NCBI GenBank assembly: GCA_028284905.1
Contig: JANQQU010000065.1
Coordinates: 68,128 to 132,127, forward strand
Origin: Calditrichia bacterium
GTDB lineage: Bacteria; Calditrichota; Calditrichia; RBG-13-44-9; J075
Length of the DNA: 64,000 bases
Reading direction: 5' to 3'
A program made the position numbers and the translations under genes. This document shows, piece by piece, positions 1 through 10,575 of this stretch (within the stretch, counting starts at the first letter, position 1; every line of letters begins with the position of its first letter). The notes beneath the pieces are model-generated. The model saw only the letters and a list, made by a program, of their open reading frames with translations, was not told the origin of the DNA and made no database searches.

Positions 1-477
1 GGCAATCTTGTCATGATAAGCTTTGATCGCCATAAAACGGGCAAATTCATGAAGCCAGCGTTCGTCATGCTTCTGGCAGAATTTTTCGAAGCTTTTTGCA
101 TCGGGAGAATCAGCTTTTAACTGGCTATAGGCATTGAGCAGTAAAGGCATCTTCCAATCGATGACACTTTCAAAATCAACCCGCTCAACAGGGAAAGATG
201 GCGCATTCTGCAAATCACTTTCCGATATGTAGCCTTCACTGGCTAAGCGGATGGGATCAATCATTAAAGGATTGCCTGCGAAAACGGATGCTGTTTGATA
301 GGGGGAATTGCCATAGCCGGTGGGGCCGAGGGGTAAAATTTGCCAGATCGACTGCTTGGCGGCAACCAGAAAGTCGATCCATTTATATGCTTCGCTACTA
401 ATTTCTCCAATCCCGAAAGGACCGGCAAAAGAGGTAGGATGCAATAATAATCCGGAAGATCGTTTCAAATGCGTCAT
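1..477 (-). CDS. malQ: 4-alpha-glucanotransferase (GH77), N-terminal part; runs off the window start
   Basis: Not in the ORF track. Manual translation from ATG at 477 gives MTHLKRSSGLLLHPTSFAGPFGIGE...WQILPLGPTGYGNSPYQ, the typical GH77 N-terminus. Confidence 0.93.
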   Translation of the reverse strand, partial: MTHLKRSSGLLLHPTSFAGPFGIGEISSEAYKWIDFLVAAKQSIWQILPLGPTGYGNSPYQTASVFAGNPLMIDPIRLASEGYISESDLQNAPSFPVERVDFESVIDWKMPLLLNAYSQLKADSPDAKSFEKFCQKHDERWLHEFARFMAIKAYHDKIA

Positions 478-669
478 TGGGAAAAATCCTTCTAATTCTG
501 TTAGATAAGCACGGCGAAAACAGTAGTAATTATTTCAATACTAAAAAAACAAGCACCCAATATAATAATAAAAATTAAAAAAACGGCAACGGATTATTGT
601 AAAAATTGAAAATAAACGTTCCGCCCGGAAATGCCATGGGAAATTGGTCTTAATCGATTTAAGGTGATT

Positions 670-1665
670 CTACATTCCCGGTTTTTTGTGAACCAGTAAC
701 CAGAGGAAAAAGGGGCCGCCAAGGAGGGTAGTAATAATTCCCACCGGTAAGTCTACCGGGGCGAGGGCAGTGCGGGCGATCGTGTCTGCAAGTGCAAGAA
801 AACCACCCCCGAGGAAGATTGCTGACGGAATGAGATAACGGTGATCCGGACCGCCAACCAGGCGCAACAGGTGAGGTATTATGAGGCCGATAAAGCCGAT
901 CGGTCCACTTAATGCCACAACAGTGCCGGTGATCAGAGAGGCGATGATGAAGGCCGCTTTTTGAATTAGCAGGACATTAACCCCTTTACTAAGCGCCGTC
1001 TCTTCCGAGGTACTGATCACATTGAAGGTGTTTGCCAGTGCCCATAAAAGAATAAATGCAACCAAAATGATCGGGGCACTTTGCAGCAAGGTTTGATAAT
1101 CGACAACATCAAGCCCGCCGATGGTCCAGCGGATCATTTGCTGAGTTTCGGTAAAATCGGCAATGTAATGGAGAATAAGGATAACCGCTGAAAAGAAATA
1201 GCTGATGGTTACTCCGGCGAGGATCATTCCGTAGATGGAAATACTACCGGCTTTTTTTGAAAGAAAATACACCAGGAGCACGGTAAGAATACTGCCGACA
1301 AATGCAGCGAGCTGAATGGATGAATACCCGAGGATGGAAAAGTCGAGACCGGTTTTAATAACCAGCAGTGCGCCCACTGCACTGCCGCTGGCAACACCCA
1401 GCGTATACGGTGTCGCCAATGGATTACGCAGTAACGCCTGAAACACCACGCCGGCAACTGCCAGGGTGCTGCCGGTCATAATTCCCAGGAGAACGCGGGG
1501 CAGGCGAATACGGAAGAAAATTATCCCTCCCGGTGTTTCCTCTCCATCCAGATAGGCGAGCACTTCTGAGAAGGCAAGCATTTTGCTACCGATTAAGGGT
1601 GTAATGACCAATACCGAAAGCAGGAAGATGAAGCTAAAGATTGTGAGCCAGGATTTTCGGGGCAT
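670..1665 (-). CDS. btuC: BtuC/FecCD-family ABC transporter permease (cobalamin uptake)
   Basis: RLPRVLLG, FQALLRNPLATPYTLGVASG and GPIGFIGLIIPH motifs; last gene of the operon under the cobalamin riboswitch. Confidence 0.85.
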   Translation of the reverse strand: MPRKSWLTIFSFIFLLSVLVITPLIGSKMLAFSEVLAYLDGEETPGGIIFFRIRLPRVLLGIMTGSTLAVAGVVFQALLRNPLATPYTLGVASGSAVGALLVIKTGLDFSILGYSSIQLAAFVGSILTVLLVYFLSKKAGSISIYGMILAGVTISYFFSAVILILHYIADFTETQQMIRWTIGGLDVVDYQTLLQSAPIILVAFILLWALANTFNVISTSEETALSKGVNVLLIQKAAFIIASLITGTVVALSGPIGFIGLIIPHLLRLVGGPDHRYLIPSAIFLGGGFLALADTIARTALAPVDLPVGIITTLLGGPFFLWLLVHKKPGM

Positions 1666-1705
1666 GAGGGTTCGTTGTTCGTTGATCGTTGTTTGTCCGG
1701 TGTAT

Positions 1706-2809
1706 CTACTCGACAGCTTCCGGTAAGTATTTTACTAGCGCACCCTTATACCAGTCATAAGCCCAGAAATAATCATCGACGGGGACAAAGTATGCCGAAC
1801 CGGCGACCGGGCTATAATATTCCTCGCTCGGTACTTCCGGATTATCAAAAGAAATTAGTGAAAGGCGATTATCATACAAAGCTGAAGTATTATTCGTCCA
1901 GATTTGATCTTCAGCGGGCTCCAGTACCATAGTCGAATAATTAAAGGGAAAAGGAGGCGACACTTCCTGAACAGTGTTGTTGTTGATGTCAAATTTCACC
2001 AGGAGCTCTCCATCAGAAATACCGGCCCATAAATATATAACATCTCCGCCATCATAATAATAACTATGTAAGCGGTAAGGTATAAAAAAACCATCCCGAT
2101 AAGGAAATGGGGGGATCACTATATGCTTTGAGCTATCAATTTCCAGAGTCACGGAGTTGTAATAATCCAAACGGAATCTTGATTCATCCAGCTCATACTC
2201 TGTCAATACTAAATCGCTATTGTCTAATACATGAACACTACGGTAGTCCTCGGTTGAAATATAAGTGACATCACCATTAAGAGTGTCTATAAAAACAGCT
2301 TTTCTTGATAGAAATGTGGCATAAATGCCTCCATTTCCAAAGGTGAGATCCAATGCTATATCATTTACAAATATATCACTATCTGGGAGGGGGATCGTTT
2401 TAAAGATCCTCCCCTTTACCGCCGGAGAGTAAAAAGAAATTTCATTGCTGTGGCGAACCTCTTCATTCCAATAATGGACGCTAACCCGGGCTTGATAGAT
2501 TTGGTCCGTTGTCAATATACTATCGGTTTGGAAGTAAGTGCTTGTGTATAAAGATTTTGTTTCCAGGGGAACATACGTTGATTCTGTATCTTTTTTTATA
2601 GCCAGCTCATACTTCTCAATCGCCCGGTATAACTCCAGACGTGGCGGTATATCAAAATAGAGATACATTCGGCCATATCCACTGGTAATGGAAGTCAATT
2701 CCGGCGCCCAATCGGTTTCGCTGGTAAACTCCGGCGAAATGGAAATTTTTTCGGTGCAAGTCATGGTTAATAAAGTGAGTAGGAAGATCGTAAAAATATT
2801 TTTCTTCAT
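1706..2809 (-). CDS. hypothetical lipoprotein (FN3-like N-domain plus beta-rich C-domain), paralog of 2840..3946
   Basis: Signal peptide ending LLTMT-C; shares CTEKISISP, ETDWAPE, TSGYGRMY and the C-terminal PEAVE with its neighbour. Confidence 0.75.
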   Translation of the reverse strand: MKKNIFTIFLLTLLTMTCTEKISISPEFTSETDWAPELTSITSGYGRMYLYFDIPPRLELYRAIEKYELAIKKDTESTYVPLETKSLYTSTYFQTDSILTTDQIYQARVSVHYWNEEVRHSNEISFYSPAVKGRIFKTIPLPDSDIFVNDIALDLTFGNGGIYATFLSRKAVFIDTLNGDVTYISTEDYRSVHVLDNSDLVLTEYELDESRFRLDYYNSVTLEIDSSKHIVIPPFPYRDGFFIPYRLHSYYYDGGDVIYLWAGISDGELLVKFDINNNTVQEVSPPFPFNYSTMVLEPAEDQIWTNNTSALYDNRLSLISFDNPEVPSEEYYSPVAGSAYFVPVDDYFWAYDWYKGALVKYLPEAVE

Positions 2810-2839
2810 ATCATACCCCTGTGGGGAGTTTCCTTTTCG

Positions 2840-3946
2840 TTACTCTACGGCTTCCGGTGAGAATTTTACCAGCGCCTCTTTATACGAGTCATATGCCCAG
2901 AAATAATTACCTACGGGAACAAAGTAAGCCGAACCGCCAACGGGATTATAGTATTCCTCGCTTGGTGTCGCCGGATTGTCAAAAGAAATCACCGATAAGC
3001 GATTATCGAACAAAGATGAAGTTTTATTGGTCCAGATATGATCTCCCACAGGCTCCAGAACTAAATTAGAATAGCTAGCGGAAAAAAACGGTGATACTTC
3101 CAAAACACTGTTGTTTTTGATATCAAATTTTATCAGGAGATCTACGTCTGAAATACTAGCAAAAAAATTTATAACATCACTACCATCATAAGAATAGCTG
3201 TGCACATGATAGGCATAACGATAATCGTTCTGTACCAGTAGCGGTGGTATCGAAATTTGCTTTGAGCTATCCAGTTCCAGGGTAACGGCATTGTAGTAAT
3301 CTATGTGAAATGTTGGGTCTGAAGGGCCATATAATGTCAATGCCAAACCACCGTTGTTTAAGACATGGACGCTGTGGTAATCCTCAGATGAAATATTTCT
3401 GACATCTCCACTAAGTGTATCAATAAATATTACTTTGCGATGGAGAAAGGCACCATAAAGGCCACCATGCCCAGGGGTAAGATCAAACGGAAAATCATCT
3501 GCATAATCAGCACTGTCGGAGAGCGGAATTCTTTTCAGTATGCGCCCTTTTATCTGCGGAGAATGGAAAGAGCGTTCATCGCTATGGCGAACGGTGCCAT
3601 CCCGGTAAACAACGCTAATTCTCGCCTGGTATGCCTGATCTGTTGCCAATATGCTATCTGTTCGAAAGTAGACGCCTAAATAAGAATTTGAGCTGGTATC
3701 TATGGGAACATATGATGCATCAGTGCTCTTTTTTAAGGCCAGGACGTAATAATCAACCATCCGAAATAGTTCCAGACGCTCAGGTTTGGTAAAATTGATA
3801 TACATTCGGCCATAACCACTGGTAACAGTCTTTATTTCCGGGGCCCAATCTGTTTCATTCGAATAAACCGGAGATATTGAAATTTTTTCCGTACAGGCAA
3901 AGGCCAATAATGCAAGGGCTAAAGTTGTAAAAATAGATGCCTTCAT
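2840..3946 (-). CDS. hypothetical lipoprotein, paralog of 1706..2809
   Basis: Start moved to MKASIF (3946), just after the upstream stop; lipobox LLAFA-C; colinear similarity to the paralog. Confidence 0.75.
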   Translation of the reverse strand: MKASIFTTLALALLAFACTEKISISPVYSNETDWAPEIKTVTSGYGRMYINFTKPERLELFRMVDYYVLALKKSTDASYVPIDTSSNSYLGVYFRTDSILATDQAYQARISVVYRDGTVRHSDERSFHSPQIKGRILKRIPLSDSADYADDFPFDLTPGHGGLYGAFLHRKVIFIDTLSGDVRNISSEDYHSVHVLNNGGLALTLYGPSDPTFHIDYYNAVTLELDSSKQISIPPLLVQNDYRYAYHVHSYSYDGSDVINFFASISDVDLLIKFDIKNNSVLEVSPFFSASYSNLVLEPVGDHIWTNKTSSLFDNRLSVISFDNPATPSEEYYNPVGGSAYFVPVGNYFWAYDSYKEALVKFSPEAVE

Positions 3947-3947
3947 A

Positions 3948-4886
3948 CTATAATCCAATTGCGATGCCAGTTTGGATGCCAATTGCACTGAAATCAAGAG
4001 TTGCCGGCTGCCGGGCATTCCAATATGGCTCGGTTAAAAAAGTGAGGGGAGGAAAAAAAAGATATCCCAGCTCCGGCCTTGCATCCAGTGCCTGCACTCC
4101 GAAATAATTGGCTGCCTGCACTAATGCTATGCCGCGTTCCGTTTCCGATGGGCCGGATTGGCCATAATAGCCATCGATTCCTTTCCCCCGGAAATCCTTC
4201 ATTTCAATTTTCCGATAATTTGCGGCAATTTTAAAAGTGAGCGGGCCGATGAGCTGAAAACCAACGCCGATTGTGCCATGCCAGCCCCAGTCTGTCTGAT
4301 GCATATTGCTAATCAAATATTCCCCTTCATCCGGTTCGAGTGGGCCCGTATGGCGGGTGTTGCGGTTGTGCTGCCAATCCATATCAATGTCGCCCCGATA
4401 GCGATTTACGCCACCTTCTAAATATAGCTTCAAGCCGGAAAAAAGTGATCTCTCATATCCCAGGCCAACACCAACGGATTGAAGTTTGAAATCAATTTCC
4501 TGCCAAAAAGCGACCGTTCTAAAATAGCCCTCTCCCGGATCGTAGTCCGGATTTGTGTAAAATTCGAATCGGGAATTAGTTACTGCTCGCTGATAATGGA
4601 GAGTCGCGGAAAAACTATTATTTAGAGAATAACGCAACCCACCCTGCCAATGAAAATCGCCATTGATTTTTTCATAGAAACCTAATGGCTCTTCGAAAAA
4701 AGGATCAAGTCTTATCTGATTACTGACAAGCGCAAGCGCATCATTATATGCATCCCAGGGGCTAAAGTGGTAGGCAGTGTTAAAATCTAAACTTACGCGT
4801 TTCAGGGATAACCAACCCGGCGTTTTTTCCTGACTATAAGCAGCGGACGTCAGGAACGACAGCAATAAAATCACGGCGAGACGCAT
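3948..4886 (-). CDS. putative outer-membrane beta-barrel protein
   Basis: Signal peptide, alternating aromatic/Gly beta-strands, C-terminal IGIQTGIAIGL; GAGGAG RBS. Confidence 0.65.
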   Translation of the reverse strand: MRLAVILLLSFLTSAAYSQEKTPGWLSLKRVSLDFNTAYHFSPWDAYNDALALVSNQIRLDPFFEEPLGFYEKINGDFHWQGGLRYSLNNSFSATLHYQRAVTNSRFEFYTNPDYDPGEGYFRTVAFWQEIDFKLQSVGVGLGYERSLFSGLKLYLEGGVNRYRGDIDMDWQHNRNTRHTGPLEPDEGEYLISNMHQTDWGWHGTIGVGFQLIGPLTFKIAANYRKIEMKDFRGKGIDGYYGQSGPSETERGIALVQAANYFGVQALDARPELGYLFFPPLTFLTEPYWNARQPATLDFSAIGIQTGIAIGL

Positions 4887-5027
4887 GGCCCCTCCTCGGA
4901 ATGAAATTTTAAGTCTGTGTGATAGTTTTTAAAATATATCTTTATCAACACTTCTTTGCAAGTTTATAATAACTCGCCGAAACTATCTGACACAGGTATT
5001 CTGTCTGTTGGGAATGCTCTGATGGAA

Positions 5028-5795
5028 TCATTTTGGTAGTAAGAGCGGTTTACCATCTTCCGGATGGACGGAAATGGTAACCGGCACTTCATAAATCAAT
5101 TCCATTAACTCTTTGTTGATGATTTCTGCCGGGGGGCCATCTGCGCTAAGCTCGCCATCTTTTAAAACCAGCAACCGCCGGCAATAACGGGCTGCCAGAT
5201 TGATGTCATGCGTTACGGTAACGATGGTCATTTTTCGCTGCTGATTTAAATCCTGCAATATTTCATAAAAACCAATCTGATGCTTGAGGTCCAGTGCCGA
5301 TGTCGGTTCATCGAGCAAGAGAATTTGGGGTTCCTGGGCCAGGGCAGAAGCAAGTACAACCCGCTGCATTTCGCCGCCACTCAGTGATGATAATTGGCGC
5401 TGGCGAAACTGCCAGACATCGGTTTCTTCCATAGCATGACGCACCGCAGCGTGATCCTCGTTGGTCGCTGTTGTAAATGGCGACATGTACGGATAGCGCC
5501 CCATCAAGACAATTTCCTGCACAGTAAAATCAAATGCACTGGAGAAGGACTGGGAGACAAAGCCGATTACCTTGGCGAGGGCCTGGCGTTGATATTTGCT
5601 TAGGGAAAGATTTGCAATCGTCACCTTCCCCTGTTCCAATGGTAAAATGCCAGCGATTATTTTTAGAAGGGTGGATTTCCCGGCACCATTTGGGCCGATG
5701 ATCGCCGTCATCTCTTCCGCTGCGATGTTCAAAGTGACATCTTTTAGCACCAGGTCAGTGCCATAAGAATAAGAGATGTTTTCGGCGAGAATCAT
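5028..5795 (-). CDS. btuD: ABC transporter ATP-binding protein (BtuD/FhuC family)
   Basis: GPNGAGKST, LSGGE, LLLDEPT and THD motifs. Confidence 0.88.
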   Translation of the reverse strand: MILAENISYSYGTDLVLKDVTLNIAAEEMTAIIGPNGAGKSTLLKIIAGILPLEQGKVTIANLSLSKYQRQALAKVIGFVSQSFSSAFDFTVQEIVLMGRYPYMSPFTTATNEDHAAVRHAMEETDVWQFRQRQLSSLSGGEMQRVVLASALAQEPQILLLDEPTSALDLKHQIGFYEILQDLNQQRKMTIVTVTHDINLAARYCRRLLVLKDGELSADGPPAEIINKELMELIYEVPVTISVHPEDGKPLLLPK

Positions 5796-6655
5796 TCTGC
5801 CGCCGGGCGGAGCAATTCATGAAATGCCATGGCGATTTTGGCAATTCGCGGGCCGGGAATCAGGAAATAACGATCGGTAAAATAATGGATACGGTTTTCC
5901 TGAACTGCTGTTAAGGTGGAAAGAGATTGCCAGTCGCCACGCAGCTCTGCGGTTTTTTCGGCTACTTCTGCTGCATCAATCATTCGAAATTCTATGATCG
6001 ATTCCGGATTCCGCAATACCAGGTCTTCCTTGGAAACATCAAAGTAGCGGGATTCCACATCGGGAAAAATATTTTGGCCGCCGCTCAACTCCAGTATTTC
6101 ATTCAGGTAAGTCTGTGTGCCGGCAGCATAAAGCCCTTTCAAGCTACCAGCCTGCCGACCGATAACCAGTAAGGTCGAAGTTGGCATTTCCGGGCGAAGA
6201 TGATGACTGCCGATAAAATCCAATGTATCCCGAATGCCCTGGCAGGCAAGCATTGCCCGCTCAGTACATCCCAGCACCCGGCCGATTGCTTCGATGCCGT
6301 GTAATATTTCATCGACTGTTTCGTTGGCAACGGTGAATGTCTTCAGGCCCAGCATCTGCAGTTTTCTGTCCATGTCCATATTCGGGAGGAGAAAGACGAT
6401 ATCCGGTTGCAGCGCAACGATACTTTCCAGATCCGGATTAAGGTATCCACCGATGGTAGTAATTTTTTCTGCCGCCGGTGGATACAGACAATATTCAGTG
6501 CGGCCAACAAGCTTATCACCCTGTCCTAATCGATAAATTATCTCGGTAATATTTGGCGCTAAAGAGAGAATTCTTTTCGGCGCTTCCTGAGCGGGCAGGT
6601 AAGCTGTGAATAAAAACGCCAGAATTATCGGATAAAAAATAGATTGCTTTTTCAT
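5792..6655 (-). CDS. btuF: cobalamin-binding periplasmic protein (BtuF/TroA-like)
   Basis: RILSLAPNITEI, LVGRTEYCLYP and PGPR motifs; start moved to MKKQS, which gives a signal peptide. Confidence 0.85.
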   Translation of the reverse strand: MKKQSIFYPIILAFLFTAYLPAQEAPKRILSLAPNITEIIYRLGQGDKLVGRTEYCLYPPAAEKITTIGGYLNPDLESIVALQPDIVFLLPNMDMDRKLQMLGLKTFTVANETVDEILHGIEAIGRVLGCTERAMLACQGIRDTLDFIGSHHLRPEMPTSTLLVIGRQAGSLKGLYAAGTQTYLNEILELSGGQNIFPDVESRYFDVSKEDLVLRNPESIIEFRMIDAAEVAEKTAELRGDWQSLSTLTAVQENRIHYFTDRYFLIPGPRIAKIAMAFHELLRPAAE

Positions 6656-6706
6656 GTTAAGCCTGTCTCCACAGGAACGGATTCTTATGCCGAACACTTT
6701 CCATTG

Positions 6707-6892
6707 CTATTCCGCACGTCGAAAAACCGTTCGTCGTTTTTCCAGTTGATCATAAACCCGGTCTTTTTCCGGATCGGTCAGTTTACCCCACATAATGATC
6801 TCTTCCAGGGTGCGAAAGCAGCCAATACAAAAACCACTTTCGGAATCCATCCGGCAGATTTTCACGCAGGGAGAATTGGGTGTTAGTTTCAT
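6707..6892 (-). CDS. DUF1289-family small Cys-rich protein
   Basis: SPCVKIC...[14 protein letters not shown] signature; GGAG RBS. Confidence 0.85.
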   Translation of the reverse strand: MKLTPNSPCVKICRMDSESGFCIGCFRTLEEIIMWGKLTDPEKDRVYDQLEKRRTVFRRAE

Positions 6893-6992
6893 ATTTATAT
6901 CTCCTGGCTAGCTCACTTGATGCGAAAAAGTGAGCTAACACTTTATAATTTAAGTAATTTATTTAGCCGATTTCAAGTCCGTAAACTTGAAA

Positions 6993-8288
6993 TTATCGAA
7001 TTAAATGCATTTTTTGACTGAAAAATTCGTTTTTACTACGTAAATGCAAGAAATACAAGCCAGATGCAGCGGCAATTCCGCTATCTGTGCGTCCATCCCA
7101 GGCCAATTCGTGATAGCCGGCTGGTAGCCGGTTGTTCAACAAAGTGCGGATGATTGTTCCATTTACACTAACAATATCAATTTGAACTTCGGCAAGGTGG
7201 TTCAACTCGAAGCGAACTTTTGTTGCCGGGTTAAACGGATTTGGGTAATTGGGCAGCAGGCGAATCGATTGGCTGATGTTGATCTCATCGCCATCAATTG
7301 CGCTGGGACCGGCTTCGAATAATGCCAGAGAAATGGGGCCGTCTCCAACCAGAAATTCATCGAGCAAAGCGTGATCAGGAGAGAATACGTAGAGTGAATC
7401 AGTGCCAAAATCTACCACGTAAGCGTTGCCATTGCCATCGAAAGTCACTTCCGGGCCGCCGGGCAGGGGATTACTGCTGTCCCGCTCAAATGTTTGATTG
7501 GTTAAATCGTATACCAGAATACCACTGCCGAAAGTACCGAGGTAGGCCTTATTGTCTGCACTAACATTCACCGCTGTAATGAATGCGGAAGATTCTACGG
7601 AATCGATAACGGTAAGGGTATTACCATCGATGATGTCCATCTGGCTGCCAACCAAATAGTAATCGCCGGTACAGGCAGCGATGATGTTGCCATTCACATC
7701 CAGCGCCAAAGATTGCGGATTGATGCCAACAGGAATTGAGGTGATAACATTAAAACTAGTTGCGTCAATAACACTAACAAGACCGGGATCATAGCCGGCG
7801 CCATTAAACCCGCTGTTAGCGACATACACTTTCCCATCATTATAGAGCAGGCCTTCCGGGCCGGTACCAACATTGGCATTACCGAGAATATTACCGGTAT
7901 GCAAATTTACAAACACAACCTGGTTCGTAAACAGGAGGCTGACGGCGGCAATAGAATCATTGACAAAAGCCATTCCCCAGGGATTGGTGCCGCTGCCAAA
8001 ATCGATATTGTTAATTGTATTGCCATTGAGAAGATTCACAACCTGAATCTCATTATCTCCCGAGTTGATGACATATGCACGCTCGCCTTTTATGCGAATT
8101 TGGTTGGTAAACAAACCGGCACCAAAGGCGCTGGAGGTAACGGTGCCGGTCCCCAGATCTACCTGGCTGACATCTTCGCCGATAGTATTTAGTACGTAAA
8201 CACTCGAACTTTGCGCATTTACCATAACGGAAAACACGATGATTAAGAAAGAAATAAGAGTAACGAATTTCAAATTTAGCTCCTTCAA
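6993..8288 (-). CDS. YncE/BtuG-like beta-propeller with C-terminal FlgD/T9SS-like sorting domain
   Basis: VGTGPEG, VGINPQ and VGDGP blade repeats; C-terminal NYPNPFNPAT...SGLYF...KMHLIR. Confidence 0.8.
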   Translation of the reverse strand: MKELNLKFVTLISFLIIVFSVMVNAQSSSVYVLNTIGEDVSQVDLGTGTVTSSAFGAGLFTNQIRIKGERAYVINSGDNEIQVVNLLNGNTINNIDFGSGTNPWGMAFVNDSIAAVSLLFTNQVVFVNLHTGNILGNANVGTGPEGLLYNDGKVYVANSGFNGAGYDPGLVSVIDATSFNVITSIPVGINPQSLALDVNGNIIAACTGDYYLVGSQMDIIDGNTLTVIDSVESSAFITAVNVSADNKAYLGTFGSGILVYDLTNQTFERDSSNPLPGGPEVTFDGNGNAYVVDFGTDSLYVFSPDHALLDEFLVGDGPISLALFEAGPSAIDGDEINISQSIRLLPNYPNPFNPATKVRFELNHLAEVQIDIVSVNGTIIRTLLNNRLPAGYHELAWDGRTDSGIAAASGLYFLHLRSKNEFFSQKMHLIR

Positions 8289-10553
8289 TTAGAAATGATA
8301 AGTAGTTGATATCGATAATTGGTAATCGCTGCCCGGCATGGGATATCCGCGCAGGATTTGATATTGTACATTCGTAAAGTTCTTCAGCGCTGCCGAGGTG
8401 CTAAAGGCAAGGTTGCCGATTTCCTGCTGCCAGGTAAGCACCGCATCCCAGATTTCATAAGGGCTAAGGGGATCGGCAGTATTCGCCGGCACTGTTTGCC
8501 GCTGGCTGACTGAGCGATAGATTAGCATGCTACGTAGTGTTTTGTAATTACCGTTCAGTGAAATGTTATAGGTGTGGCGAGGAATAAAAACGATTTCCTT
8601 GCCGGCATAATTGGGTTCTTCGCTCCGATTTACCGCGTCGATAAAACTGTAATTCCCCTGAAGTTCCAGAACATTACCAAGAATCTTCTGACGAAGCTGA
8701 AGATCCCACCCCTGCTTTTCGACCTTTGCCTCGTTGCGTGGTTCCCAGGTACCATTAACGGTGCGGTGCCAGAAAATGAGATCCTGAATATTGTCGCTGT
8801 AATAATAGGCGCTTAAGACCGGCAAATAGCGCAGTCCGCTATCGAAGCGAATGCTGCTGTGCCAGGAGCGTTTCTGCTCCGGCAGTAAATCCGGGTTGCC
8901 GCGCGCCCGGGCATCCCCTTTCCAGAAAAGGCTGTTAAAATCCGGATAGCGAATTGCTTTTGCCCATCCAGCGGAAAAATTCAACCAGGAGAGATGTTTT
9001 GGCGAGAGGTTAAGAGACGCAGCCGGATAGCCTTTGCCGGCTTGCCCAAAATAAGATTCATAACCCAGTGCTGTTTTCAACTTTGCAACGCGGAAAAGCG
9101 ACTTTAACGCCGGCAAATTCATTTCCATACCAATTCCCCCGGAAATGGTATGCCTTATTTTTTCACCAATACTAAATCGTTCAAAAAGCAGGTTCTGATG
9201 ATTCAATTGTTCTTCCAGGTAGGCAATACGCCAATCCAGTTTCCAGGTGTCAGCTGGTTGCAAGCTGCCGGTCAGTTTGCCTTCATAGATGCGATTAACC
9301 TGATCGATTTTATAGCTGAGAAATGGCGAACTGGCTGCTTCATTATCATATAAAGCGGTTAATTGCTGATAGTTAAATTGCCCTTCAAGAAACAGCCGGG
9401 AAGAAATAAACCAACGATGAGCTGCCTGCAATAATTGGCTGTTACCATCTTTGAAGGCATTAAAATGATCCATCTCTTCGAAAAAGGTCGATGGCAATCC
9501 CTGCCGGCCGCTCTGTAGTTGCAGGCGCAAATGGGACTGATGATTCGTTTTCTGCAAATTAAGTTTGCTGAAAAATTTTCGACGGCGATACCAGGCGTTT
9601 CTTCTGTTGTAATCCACACTCTCATAAAGATAGGGAAAATCTTGTCGGGAATATTCCTGCTGATAGTTGATTTGCAGGGATAAATCACCGAGTGGGAGGT
9701 TAATCGCCCCGCTACCGGAAGCAGTATCAAATGCACCGTTCCCAGCTTTTACATTCGCTTTTCCTTGCTTCGGTGCGGCGGCAGTATGAAAAGAAACCAC
9801 GCCGGCAAATGCCTGGTTGCCATAGGCGGCTACATTTCCCTGGCGAACAATTTCAATCTTCTCAATTTGATCTAAAGGAATTTCGTTAAGATCGACTGTG
9901 CCGGTTTGCGGATTGTTGAGGCGCTGACCGTCGAGTAAAACCAACACCTGGCTAAAACGGCTGCCGTGGATGCTGATGCGGGATTCGCTGTTTCCACCAC
10001 CACTGCTGGCCACCTGAATCGCGCTAAACTGCTGGAGTAATTGCGCCATACCAACAGAGCGATAGCGATCAATATATTCGCTGGTAATGGTTATTCTGTC
10101 CCCTTCGTCGGTTATACCGGAAGATTTAGCAGAAACGACAACTACCGGCGTGCCATCAATCGGTCGTGGAGAAAGATCCAGTAATAATTGGGTGGGCGCA
10201 TGAATGCTAATTGATACGTTGCGAAGAATTGCAGTATCATATCCGATGAATGAGGCGAGCACGGTATAATCTCCGGGCGGAATATTCTCGATGTAGAAGC
10301 GTCCGTTCAAATCACTAACGGCGCCATGGGTGGAGTTTTCTATCCAGACGTTAACACCACTCAGCGGAAGTCTCGTCTCCACATCGTTTACAACGCCGGT
10401 AAGGCTGAGATTGCTTTGCGAAAACACCGCGTAGCCAAGAAAAAGAAGCAGCAAAATGATACGAATCAACGGAGAAACTTCCCGCTGAAAACCGGCATAC
10501 TGCGTTACGGCCTGGCTGGTTAGATTGCATCTGGTGTTATTATGAATCCGCAA
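8289..10553 (-). CDS. btuB: TonB-dependent receptor (BtuB-like) with N-terminal carboxypeptidase-regulatory-like domain
   Basis: Plug motifs VLVLLDG and IEKIEIVR, GNPDLLPE, C-terminal GYPMPG...YHF. Start placed at TTG 10553 after an AAGGAG RBS; the true start could be slightly further downstream. Confidence 0.8.
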   Translation of the reverse strand: MRIHNNTRCNLTSQAVTQYAGFQREVSPLIRIILLLLFLGYAVFSQSNLSLTGVVNDVETRLPLSGVNVWIENSTHGAVSDLNGRFYIENIPPGDYTVLASFIGYDTAILRNVSISIHAPTQLLLDLSPRPIDGTPVVVVSAKSSGITDEGDRITITSEYIDRYRSVGMAQLLQQFSAIQVASSGGGNSESRISIHGSRFSQVLVLLDGQRLNNPQTGTVDLNEIPLDQIEKIEIVRQGNVAAYGNQAFAGVVSFHTAAAPKQGKANVKAGNGAFDTASGSGAINLPLGDLSLQINYQQEYSRQDFPYLYESVDYNRRNAWYRRRKFFSKLNLQKTNHQSHLRLQLQSGRQGLPSTFFEEMDHFNAFKDGNSQLLQAAHRWFISSRLFLEGQFNYQQLTALYDNEAASSPFLSYKIDQVNRIYEGKLTGSLQPADTWKLDWRIAYLEEQLNHQNLLFERFSIGEKIRHTISGGIGMEMNLPALKSLFRVAKLKTALGYESYFGQAGKGYPAASLNLSPKHLSWLNFSAGWAKAIRYPDFNSLFWKGDARARGNPDLLPEQKRSWHSSIRFDSGLRYLPVLSAYYYSDNIQDLIFWHRTVNGTWEPRNEAKVEKQGWDLQLRQKILGNVLELQGNYSFIDAVNRSEEPNYAGKEIVFIPRHTYNISLNGNYKTLRSMLIYRSVSQRQTVPANTADPLSPYEIWDAVLTWQQEIGNLAFSTSAALKNFTNVQYQILRGYPMPGSDYQLSISTTYHF

Positions 10554-10575
10554 AACGGCTCCTTTTAATTTTGGG

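Noticed and set aside
198-508. Plus-strand ORFs 198..401 and 320..508
   Set aside because: Antisense to the partial malQ gene.
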